In this document: in pieces, positions 23,224-35,952 of the stretch
Layout of the letters: each line of letters starts with the position of its first letter
Position numbering within the stretch: position 1 is the stretch's first letter
Source: Fonticula alba ATCC 38817
Lineage: Eukaryota > Protista > Nucleariida
DNA length: 64,000 nucleotides
Assembly: GCA_000388065.2 (NCBI GenBank)
Contig: KB932203.1
Strand: one strand, 5' to 3'
The notes under the pieces: generated by a model
The model's input: only the letters and a program-made list of their open reading frames with translations
What the model was told of the DNA's origin: nothing
The model's database searches: none
Translations under genes and position numbers: made by a program

Positions 23224-24595
23224 GTGCGGGGGGGAGGTTGGGAAAGAATGGGATAGGGGCACAGGAGGCGCGCGCGCGCGGGAGGGGGGGGGGGGGGGGG
23301 GCGAAAAGGCGAGAAGATGCCGGGAGGTCGCATGTGTTTGGGCGGGCCTGGCCGCGCTGCGGCCCGGGATAAGGAGCCGTCCGTGGGCAGATTGCCAGGC
23401 GCGAATTGCTGGAGCGCGCCCTGGCTGGACACGTGTGAGTGCGGGCATTTTCCGTATACATGGCGCTCGGGCGAGGGGGCTGTCGGAGCCTGCCCCGGCC
23501 CGCACGCTCCGGGGGGACGATCGAGGTGTAGATGCCGGCGCGGGCTCGGTGCCGAGAGGGGGAAATCGGAATCGGGCGCCCGGCGCCCCCTCCTTCGGGG
23601 CCGAGGCACGGAGAGCAGGCCGGTGAGCACACCACACGCGAGCCGAGGGAGAGAGGGAGGGGAGGGGGGGGGGGGCGAAGGTGCTGGACGCACACACGGG
23701 CGGAGAAAAAACGCGCGTCCCGGGCAACGGGCCAGGCTACCGCCCCCCCTCCCCGGGACCCAAGTGATGCACAGCGAGAGCCCGCCTCGACCGCCGGACA
23801 ACAGGCAGAGAGAGGGACCCCCACACACGCTCCGGCCCCCGGCCCCTTGCTGATGAGAGGGGGGGCGAATCTCCCTTGCCATGAAAAAACACTCTCCCCA
23901 CAACGGGCGGCCCGGCTGCCGCCCCCCCCCCCCGGCACCTGAGCCGGAAAACCGGGCACGCAGTGCCAAGAGCAGGTGCCCTGCATTTGCGCCTATACCG
24001 CCGCGGTTTGCGGGCGCGTAGACCTCTGCGCCGCATCTGGCCGCCCAAGCCCGCGCAAGAGCGCGGCGTTGGCTCATGGACGCATGCATGGCTGCGGCGC
24101 CACAAGACCGCACAACCCAGCCCCCGCTTGATAGCCGTGCCGCCGTCTCACCTCCCTCGGCCCTCTCTCTGCCCGGATCCTGCCAGCCGCCTACGGCGGG
24201 GTGGACAGGGCAGCGCGACAGGCGGAAAGGACGACGGGCATGCGCCGGGCTCAAACCCTGCACACACACACACACACACACACCGCGCGCGCGCGAAAGC
24301 CCCCACAAAAAAAAACACATGCACCCAGACAGACAGGAAGGAAAAGACGAGGGAGATATATGAAGGGGAAATCCGCAAGAAAGTGAGGGTATCATTCTGA
24401 CAGGAGAGCAAGTCCCCCCCCAGAGGGAAAGGGCGACAATCTCTGACGGACTCATCGCACAACAAGAGACACTCAGATGCACAGCGAAGGATCGCGACCG
24501 ACACTGCACGCATGCACGCGCGCGAGGTCGCGGCGACACATGTGCAAGAGCGCAGGCGCGCCCAGCAGAGAGCTCGAGAGAGAAGAGACGCTCAT

Positions 24596-26752
<2,157 letters not shown>

Positions 26753-27349
26753 TCACATCCGGGCCGCAGCTCGTCCCACAGCCAGGGCTGCCGGGACGAC
26801 CCGAGACGCCCACACGCCCGGCGCGGGAGCCCTGTGTGGTGCCCACCGCGCGAGCCGCCAGCCGCCTGCAGCTGCCGGCGGACGCGACTCCCGGTCCCTC
26901 CGCGTCGGCAGGACAGTCGCGTCCCATCCCGGAAGAGCCGGTCCCCAGCTCGCCGCGCGAACGGGGCCCCAGAGCAGGCCTGGCCCAAAGGAGAGGGCGC
27001 CCGGCCGAACGGCCAATGCCCGGGGCATCAAAAACACGTCCCCCCCCCCCCCCCGGGAATCCGGCGACCCTGCAGCGGCAAGGCGGCCCCCCCGGCCCTG
27101 TGAAAGGGGGGTGGTATGAACACACACTGCAGTCGTGCTGCGCCCAGTCGGTGCGAGACTCCCCCCGGGAGCGGGGGCCAGGAAGGAGAGAAACCCTCGC
27201 CGGAGACAACACACCCGCGCCGGGGGCCTCCCGGCAGCCGCACGAGCATGGCGACAAAAGCACAGGTTGATAAATCCCTCTTGTGGCTGGTCTCCGAGGT
27301 GGCCGGGCGTTGTGCCCCGGGGAGAGTGTTGGTGGGTCCCCCTCGGGGA

Positions 27350-27484
27350 GGGTCATCCGATGATAATGCACGCTTTTTATTGACGCCCAAATATAACATG
27401 AACAAATGTGGCGGTCGCTTCGTGCACGAGACCACGAGGCGTGATTCACCACACTGAACTATGGTGTACAGTTCTGATGGCCCG
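27350..27484 (+). ncRNA. Possible box C/D snoRNA-like element
   Basis: AT-richer island with a C-like box ATGATAA (about 27359), CTGA at 27454 and 27474, and a flanking stem GGGTCA/TGGCCC. The C box is imperfect and no target was identified. Confidence 0.2.
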
Positions 27485-30063
27485 TGGCGCTTGGTCCGTG
27501 TTAGCATGGGCGATAGTTTTTCCCAACAGCGGCAGCGGGGTGGGGGAATTTGTGAAAGATTGATAGCAGCTTTTCGGCGCCCCCGCACCCCTGGCCGAGC
27601 CCGGCAGGAGGAGTTCGGGTGTGCGTGTGTGCGTGCGTGCGTGCGTGCGTGTGCGGGGACTGGGGGGGGATGGCGGAGCGCCGCCCGGGACTTGGGCAGA
27701 ACATTCTATGCCAGGCGGTGTGAAAGATGCCCCCAGCTGCGGGCGTGGGTGCGACCGCCGTTCTGGCCCCCCGGGCGGGCGGCCGGGTGGCGTGAATAAC
27801 GAAGTGGGGCTTTCAAGAGGCGAGCCTGCGGGGGGGAGGCGCTCGCGAGACGCGCGCAGGGGTCTTGGCTGGGCTGGATCGCCGGGGGAAAACAGCCCCC
27901 GCGAGGGTAACGCCCCTCCTTTCCGCCTCGCCTGCGCGTGTGCAGGGGCGCGGGGCAGGAACATTGTTGTGAGGACACCGCATGGGGGAGGGGCCCGGCG
28001 GCGTGGGGGTCGGCCGAGGCGCCACAACCGGTGTGATGCCAATTTTCCCGTGGCCCCGCGCGGGACCCCGAGGACGTGTCCGCCCTTGCTTGCTTTTTGT
28101 CGGCCCCGGGCGGACATCCGAGGGGTGGAGGCTCCTCTCGCGCGCCGCCCCCGCGCTGCCGTCGGGCCGAACACGGCGCCCCGGCGGCGGCGGCGGGGGG
28201 GGGCGGATCGGCAGCATCGCCCAGCTTGTAAACATGCGGCAGGCCCCGCCCGAGCCAGCTCACCCATTCCTGTCCTGGGCGCGCCCCATTTCCAGCGGGG
28301 CGAGGGCGAGAGGAGGGAGACCGTGCCCCGCCCGGTCGTTATTCCAGTGCCCACCGGGGCCAGCCGGCCACGGCCCATTTTTGGGGGCCGGCGCCCCCCA
28401 CCGGAGCACACGCCCGGCCGTCGGGCGTGCGGCGGTGCCGCGCAGCCAGCCAGCCAGTCAGCCAGGCCGCGACGCCCATGGGTCGCCGGTGCTGTTGGCG
28501 AATGATAGGGCCTCTCCCGCGCCCCCTTGGATGTTGTTATCTGTCAAATCAGAGGCGCCCAGGCGGCGGCCCGCCTGGGCGTTCCGGGCCGGCGGCTGTG
28601 TGCCGACGGATGTGCCCCCCCCCCCGAAGAAGCCAGCAACAGTGGAGGCGGCTGGAATATCGCACGCCTCGCGCGCCCCCTGGGGGACGCTCGCCGCGGC
28701 CGGGACGTGCGGGTGGCCCCCGTGAATGCGCGCAGGCGCTCCGGCGCGCCCGATTCCCATGCCGGTCTGCCGTCGGGTGGCGGGGCGCGGATTGCGTATC
28801 ACACATGGCTTCCAACGGCGCGGCTGGGGGCGGCCCCAAAAAGGGCGCCCGATCCCGAGGACCGCAAGGCCGGGCTAGGGCGTGTGCTTTCCCCCCCCCC
28901 CCCCCCCCCCGCCACCCGGCCACCCCCGTCTTCCTCAGTCCGCCCCCAGCAGGTTGGCGTATTTATCCCTCCATCGGGTGTGTGTTGTTGCCCTGGTCCC
29001 ACCCTGGGCCGGGGCCGCGGGTCGGGACACGCCCTCGGGCCGACACGCGCGCCCCCGGGCGAAGGGGGGACGACGCCGAGTTGGCCTTCCGCAGTGCCGG
29101 GGCCGCGCGGTGCCCTGAGAAAATCCACCCCCCCCCCCCCTCTCCCTGTGGTGCGGGGACAGGAGCACATCATCGCTCGCGTGCCCCGAGGCCGGGGAGG
29201 GGCACCACGCCGATGGGGGGCGCGGGCGAGCGGGCGGGCATGCGACGATCCGACTCGGTCGTTGGAGGAGGGCGCTCGGGCGCCCCCTTCTCTCCCGGGC
29301 CCAGGTAAGCCAGCCATGATGCTGGCGGATCGCGCAGCTGCAGGGTCGCCCCGCCTCCCTCCCGCGGACAGATGGCCAGCCGTGGATGCGGGTCTGGCCC
29401 ACCCCGGCCTCGGGCAGCCCGCGCACCACGGGGCCTGTGGGCAGAGCCCGCGCCCCAGAGAATCCCCCCGGCCCGGGTGCAGCCCACTCCGCCCGTTGGG
29501 TGCCCCCCCCCCCGGGAGGAGCGAGGCGCCGGGGGGAGGGGATGGACTGGCGGTGTGGCAGTGCGCCAGGGCCCGGCCTCTGGCTCCGCCCGTCCTTCGT
29601 CCTCCCCTCCACCCCCTCTCCCGGGCCACTGGGCCACCTTTTCCCCTTTCCGAACCTCCTTTTTCAGTCGCGCCATTGCCGCCCGCCCGCACCACCACCG
29701 CCCCCTACTTCCAGCCCCACGAGCCATTTCACCCTCCCCGCACGCGTGCTTCCCCGCACCTCTCGCCCTCGCCTCGACCGCTTGTCGCGCCCTGGCCAGC
29801 ACACGGTGTCCACATTCCTCCCCCCTCGCGCGCGCGTTCCCCCCCCTTCCTGCCACTGTCCCAGTGGGCCCCCTCTTTTCTAGTCCCCCCTCCGCCTGGT
29901 ACGGCCCATGTGTCCGCGCAACCCGCCCCTGCGTTTCGATTGCCTCCTCTCCCTCTCTCTCTCTCTCTCTCTCCCCCCCCCCGCGGCCCCCCTCTAAACC
30001 ATTTTACATCCCTCTTTGTCTGCCCCTCTTTTCATCCGCCCCCGTCACCACCGACACAGCACC

Positions 30064-31686
30064 ATGGATCCCCGTCTGCTCGCCACCACACCCGCCTCCT
30101 CGAGGTCCCTGTTCGGCCTCAGCCCGGCCGAGGCCAACAACGAGGCCATCCTCTCGCGCTATCTGGAGCTGGGTAGCCGGACAGACACGCTGGTCTGCGT
30201 GACCTACGTCTGGGTCGATGCCGATGGGATCACCCTGCGCCAGAAGACCCGGACCCTGCCTCGCAGCAAGATCCAGTACACCATCCCGGAGTGGACCTTC
30301 GACGGGAGTAGCACCGGCCATTCGCTGACCGGGTACATCAACAGCGATGTGACCATCCGGCCGGTGCACGCCTTCCGGGACCCCTTCCGGCCGGGGCACA
30401 ATATCCTGGTGCTGTGCTCCACCTACTCGGCCGATGGCCGGCCGCATGCCAGCAACCTGCGTGAGCAGGCCCTCGCCGAGGCCCTCGGCGACGAGGCGGT
30501 GGTCAGTGCCCAGCCCTGGTTCGCCTTCGAGCAGGAGTACTACATCATCGAGCCGGAGACCGGGCTGCCGGTGGGCTGCCCCCGGGCCACCCCGTTCCCG
30601 GCCCAGGGCCCGCATTACTGCAGTGTCGGTGCCGGGCGATCCTTCGGCCGACAGATCGTCGAGGCGCACCTGGCCGCGTGCATGTATGCCGGGGTCAACA
30701 TCAGCGGCACCAATTCCGAGACGGTCCCCGGCCAGTGGGAGTTCCAGGTGGGCCCCTGCCATCCCGGGGCCGATACCATGCCCTTCCGCCAGTTTGACTT
30801 CCCCCACTGCCTGCAGCTGCTCCGCGCGTTGCATGAACCCACCGCGGCGGCGGATCACCTGTGGATGGCGCGCTTCCTGCTGCAGCAGGTGGCCGAGGAC
30901 TTTGGCAAGGCCATTTCCTTTGCCCCCGGCCGCCTGGCCCCGCATTGGAATGGATCCGGCATGCACACGAACTTTTCGACGGTCACCATGCGCGACGACT
31001 CGGCCGATGCCGGGAGTGGCTCCTCCTCGCCGTCGTCCCCCTCCTCGCCGAAGATGGGGCCCGGCAGCTCCGGGGCCTCGGTCGCCGGCAGCAGCCGGTC
31101 GCTCAAAACCATCGAGCAGATCGAGGCCATCCAGTGCACCTGCAGCAACTGCCCCAATGTGTTGGATTGGTTTGCCAACCAGGGGCTCGCGCCGCCCGGG
31201 CCGCCGTCCGCCCCGTCCTGCCGCGGGGTGGAGGCCGTCATTCAGGCGTGCATCCGCCTGGCCGGCGGGGGGGACTCCTTCAAGATGGCCTATGGGTCCG
31301 GCTGCCAGGAGGGCTCGGCCCACCGGGATCAGTTTACCTTCGGCATGGCCAACCGCGCGTGCTCCATCCGCCTGCCGGTGGCTTCGCGTCGCATTCACAA
31401 CAGCGGCTTCTACCTGGAGGATCGGCGCCCGCGCAGCGACGCCGACCCGTACGCCGTGTCGGCCTACATCGCCCGCATGGTGATCCTCAGCGAGGCGGTG
31501 GAAACCCGTGTGGCTTCCTGCCCGGAGGCCCTGGCCCGGGATCCCATCCTCCCGGGCCAGTGTGCCCGGCGTCTGGCCATTCTGCACCTGAGTCTCCAGT
31601 CGGGTGAGGCCATTCGCCTGCCCTTCGTCAGCAGCTCCGTCCCCTTGGCCTCGGTGTCCTCGTCAGCCGCCTCTTCTCCGCGGTAG
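30064..31686 (+). CDS. Intronless glutamine synthetase type II-like protein (540 aa) with insertions and a deleted glutamate-binding loop
   Basis: Motifs YVWVD...LRQKTRTL, EWTFDGSST, FRDPFR, PWFAFEQEY, GPHYCSVG, SGTNSETVPGQWEFQVGPC, DHLWMARFLL, WNGSGMHTNFST, GMANRACSIRLP and YLEDRRP. The first ATG is at 30064. Confidence 0.92.
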   Translation: MDPRLLATTPASSRSLFGLSPAEANNEAILSRYLELGSRTDTLVCVTYVWVDADGITLRQKTRTLPRSKIQYTIPEWTFDGSSTGHSLTGYINSDVTIRPVHAFRDPFRPGHNILVLCSTYSADGRPHASNLREQALAEALGDEAVVSAQPWFAFEQEYYIIEPETGLPVGCPRATPFPAQGPHYCSVGAGRSFGRQIVEAHLAACMYAGVNISGTNSETVPGQWEFQVGPCHPGADTMPFRQFDFPHCLQLLRALHEPTAAADHLWMARFLLQQVAEDFGKAISFAPGRLAPHWNGSGMHTNFSTVTMRDDSADAGSGSSSPSSPSSPKMGPGSSGASVAGSSRSLKTIEQIEAIQCTCSNCPNVLDWFANQGLAPPGPPSAPSCRGVEAVIQACIRLAGGGDSFKMAYGSGCQEGSAHRDQFTFGMANRACSIRLPVASRRIHNSGFYLEDRRPRSDADPYAVSAYIARMVILSEAVETRVASCPEALARDPILPGQCARRLAILHLSLQSGEAIRLPFVSSSVPLASVSSSAASSPR

Positions 31687-34162
31687 AGAGGCCTGCGGGA
31701 GGGCCCGAGCGCGGGGAGGGGCGGGGGCGGCTGCGGGCGGTCCTGGGGGGACAGGCAGAGAGCGAGAGCGAGAGCGAGAGAGAGCCCCATGTGCCATGGT
31801 CTTTTTTTTTTGATGCCCGTGCTATGTGTATTGCCGCGCATGCGTCCTAGTTCTCTTCCGCTCGATCTCTCCTTTGCCTTGGGTGTGTGCTGTCTGCCAC
31901 GCAACTGGCCTCCCCCCTCCCGCCGTCCCTCTCTGCCCTCCCCCTCCCCCCCCCCTTTCCCCGCCCTTGTGATACTAGACCTGATGCCGGCGTCCTCTTC
32001 TGTCTCTCCTCCGTCCGCCGGCGTGCCCATGCACCAGCACCAGCACTCAGCCGGACACGCTCCCATGCTCCCGGAGAGGGAGCTGTGGGCAGGCAGGCAG
32101 GGGGGGGGGGCCCATGTCCTTGCCTTTTTCCTCCTCCACCCTCCCTCTCCTTGTCTCGTTTTCTTCGGGTGTGCCCTACTCTGTGTGCGCGTGCGTGCTG
32201 TGCGCAGAGGTAGAGGTGGCGGCATAGGGCGAGGGAAGGGATTTTAGCCACACGCCCGGCACCATGCCTCCCACCTACCGCGCCCCATTCGACCGTCATA
32301 CGAGGGCGGAGTCGGAGCGTGTGCCTGTCGGCCCCTGGTGGAGGCGAGATCCCGCAAGGGGCGCTGTGTGCACACGTGTATGTGTGCGCCAGCGCCTGCT
32401 CCCCCGCCCCCGACTGCGTGAGAGAGATCCGTTGGAGGGTGAGCTCTCACCACCCCCCCACCCCCCCCCCCCCTCCATGTATATCTGCGCATGCTGCTCG
32501 ACGTGCACACGTATATGTCCGGGACGTCCTCTCCCCCGACACCTATATAGATCCCCCCAATCCCACTGCTATATGACTTTGTCCCTCCCCGCGGCCTTTT
32601 CCCCTCCGCCCGCCCGCGTGAGCTCCCAGCGTGTCTGCCCTCAGCAGGGAGGGGAGGAGATGGGGCGCAGGGCGCCAATCCGCGGCCGCGGCAGGGCGCC
32701 AGGGGGGAGGGATGCGCGAAGGCAGGCGTCCGCTGCAGGGGGCACCTTTGGTCAGTCCGGCTCTTTGTTTTTTGTTTTTTTTTTCCGACCAGCCGCCCAT
32801 GTCTCTGTGGGGGGTCTGGCTCTGTCGTCGGGGGAGTTTTTCCTCGGCGCACTTCCTCCCCCTCTGCGGTGGCGGGATGTCCGCCGGTTGGCAAGGGGGT
32901 CGAGTTTTGTGCCCCCACTTTCTTCCTCTGTGCATTGTGTCCCACGCGTGTCCTGCCGGCCAGGCACCTGTGTGGGGGATGCGGAGTGAACGGCGCAATA
33001 AAAAAAAAGACAAATACCCAGCTCCCCCGCCGAGACATGGACCCAAAGGCCGCCAAATGCGGCCCCAAGTAAAGTGGCACCGGGTATGGGCCAACAAGAG
33101 GTGAAGTCAGCACCCTACAAAATATCATTCCCGCATCACGTTATCCCAGGAGGGGGCCAAAATGAACTCCTCGCGACCCACGCGGCGTTGTGTAAATAAT
33201 GTTGCCCCTATTTAAGGGCCCGGGCAGGCGCCGCCCAAGCCGTGGAGGGGGAGTTCACGCGTCCCCCAGGTCGCCCCCCGCCGGTGGCTGTCCTTTCTGT
33301 GTATGTCTCCTCTCCTGTCCTCCTCCCCCCCCCCCTGCCACCTCCCCTCCCCCTCCCGTGTGTGCATTCGGGCCAGTCCGGGGTGCCTTCTTGTTCCTCC
33401 GCTCGGTCATGTTCACACGCGCATGTGCCTCCTCCCCACCCTCCCCCGGGCTGTGTGGATGCGCATGCATGTGCGCATATGTGACCTGGTCGGGGGCACA
33501 GTTTTGGCGCCTTGTTCTGTTCTGATGCATCGACTTCGAATAGTTGCTACTGTTGAGTGGTAACCCCACAGTGAGCCATACCCATCACACGTCGCTGAAC
33601 CCTGCCCTTTTGCACGCACTCCCTCGCTCCTCCTCCTCCTCTCCCCGCATTTCTCCCCTCAGCTCTCTCACCTTTGTTCCCCCCCCCCTCCCTCTCCCCT
33701 CCCAGTATGCCACAGAGGCGTCTTGGCCCTGGACGATGCCTATGCGTCTGGGCATCGCGCATGTTCGGGAGAGCCTCTCCCGCGTGCACTCTCCCCTCTC
33801 CTTTTTTCCATTTTATAATTGAAGTTTCCCGGGCTCTGGATGGGTGTTTTTTTTTTTTTTTGCTGCGGCACTGGGGGGTGGCGCGGCCATATATGGCACC
33901 TGTCCTGTGTATGCGTGCGGGAGGGGGGGGAGGGGCAAAGTGCATGTGCGCGCACTCGCCAGCACATTGTGCACATCCCTCTGGCAGGTAGAGGGGATGT
34001 CCAGCCGAGGCAGAGGAGGGGGGGGGAGCACATGCGGGCGGCTGTCCTGTTGAATGTGTGACGCCCGAGGCGCCATCCCGGCAAAGAGGGAGGCAGTGCA
34101 TTTTCTTTTTATTGACCCAACCCAAAAGCGGTACACTGTGTGTGGGGCATACATCGTGTCGG

Positions 34163-35908
34163 TCAGTCACAGAACCCCATCATGGGCGAGGGCGGCCGCG
34201 GGACGACGGGATCGACTGCCGGCGAGCTCTGCGACTCCTCCTCGGCGGCCTCCGACCCTGGGGGATCCACCAGCGCGGTGCCGCGGGAGGCGGCCCCCTC
34301 GTCTGGCCTGGTGGCTGTCAGTGTGTGGAGAGGGTGCACAGGGTCGGCGGGGGTCTTTTCGCCGATGGTCGCCAGCACATCCCGATCAAGAGTCCGATGG
34401 AGCTCCGGCAACCGGTGGGCGATCAGCTGCCGGAGGAGTTGCGCCTGGGGGACCAGCCGCTCGGCGGCTTGCACTTCCCGGGGAGAGGGAGTGCCGACGG
34501 TCAGCCGCACGGCGCGATCATTGAACGCCTTGAGAACGCCGCTGGCATCGAGATCCCTGTTTTTTTTGTTTCCCCCCAGCCGCGGAAGAGGATCATTTGG
34601 TTAGGATCGAGGGGGGGAGGGGGGGGGGGGGGACCCCAGCAGGCATGGGCTTGGGCGGAGAGACGGGAGGGGAGGGGGGGGGGGGGGGGAGGAGGGGCAC
34701 ATACTGACTGAGAATTTCCTCGCGGAAGGTGCCGAGATAGGCCACCGCGATGAGTAGGAAGAAGTTTGGCCCGTCGTAGTTGGTCCAGGAAGACTGCAGG
34801 TCATGGCCAGGGTCATTGGGCGGGGGTTAGAAAGCGACGACGGGAGGAGGGATGAGAAGGCGGGTGGAGGGGGGAAGGTGCGCTTCTTCGCCAGGTGGTC
34901 CCCCCCCCCCCCCCTGCTACCCCTTTCGTTCGTTTATTGAATTTCATGTCATTGTTCGATAGTTATGATCATATTTCTCTTTTTTTTTATTATATTCCAT
35001 GTCCCTTAACGTACTATTTTCTTTTTTCTCTCTCATGTGGATGAGAAGGCGGGTGGAGGGGGGAAGGTGCGCTTCTTCGCCAGGTGGTCCCCCCCCCCCC
35101 CCCCAATGATCGCCTTGAAGGCACACGGGAAAGCGCACCTCCCAGACCCGAAGGAAGTCCGCCCAGGGGAGCTCTCGCTTCAGACACACCAGCACCCACC
35201 GGTAGCAGAAAAGCACCCAGTCAACATCCACACGGGTGAGATGCTCCATCAGCGGTTCGTCCACCTGGCCGAGAATGTTCACAAGGCAGGCCAGCTGGGC
35301 GGTGATCGAGCGTCCATCGGGGCTGAAGTTGTCCTTCTATATGATGGGCAGCAGGGGGTGCCAGCGCGCGGGTCCGGCCAGACCGCCGTTCGACAGGTCG
35401 GCAGACACACGCACGTGCGCATGTGTATGTGTCAGCGGCGGGCGTCTCTCCCGGTGTCTTGCCCTTTGGCGAGCGGGCAGCAGGATGAGGCAGGAATCGA
35501 TCGGCCAGGCACGCACAATCTTCTCCATGATGGCATGGAAGAGCCAGAAGGTTTCGGCATCGAGGAGGACATCCTCCGGGATGTTGGCATCGTCGCCATT
35601 TGTGCCGAGGCCCTCCCCGGGCCCTTCGAGGTTCCGGTACTCCAGGGGCACCGATGGGGTGACCTCCGGCTGCACGGCACCAGCCAACGGCCCGGCCGTG
35701 CTGCTGGTGGAGATCACCAGCAGGGGGGACAGCCAGTCATTCATCCCCTGGGTGTACCCAACATCCGGACGGTGGAGGATATATGCCAGCAGGATGCGAC
35801 CCAGTCTGCCGGCCTGGCTCAGGTCCCGGAAGTAGGTTTGGTTGCGATCGGTGCGCTCGATGTCCTTGACTGGGGGCGGCCACGGGACGCGGGGAGATGG
35901 CGGTCAGT

Positions 35909-35952
<44 letters not shown>

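Noticed and set aside
30004-31587. 527-aa minus-strand ORF
   Set aside because: Antisense shadow of the glutamine synthetase-like gene.
33525-33600. TTCGAAT resembling a tRNA T-loop
   Set aside because: No cloverleaf stems or A-box could be built.
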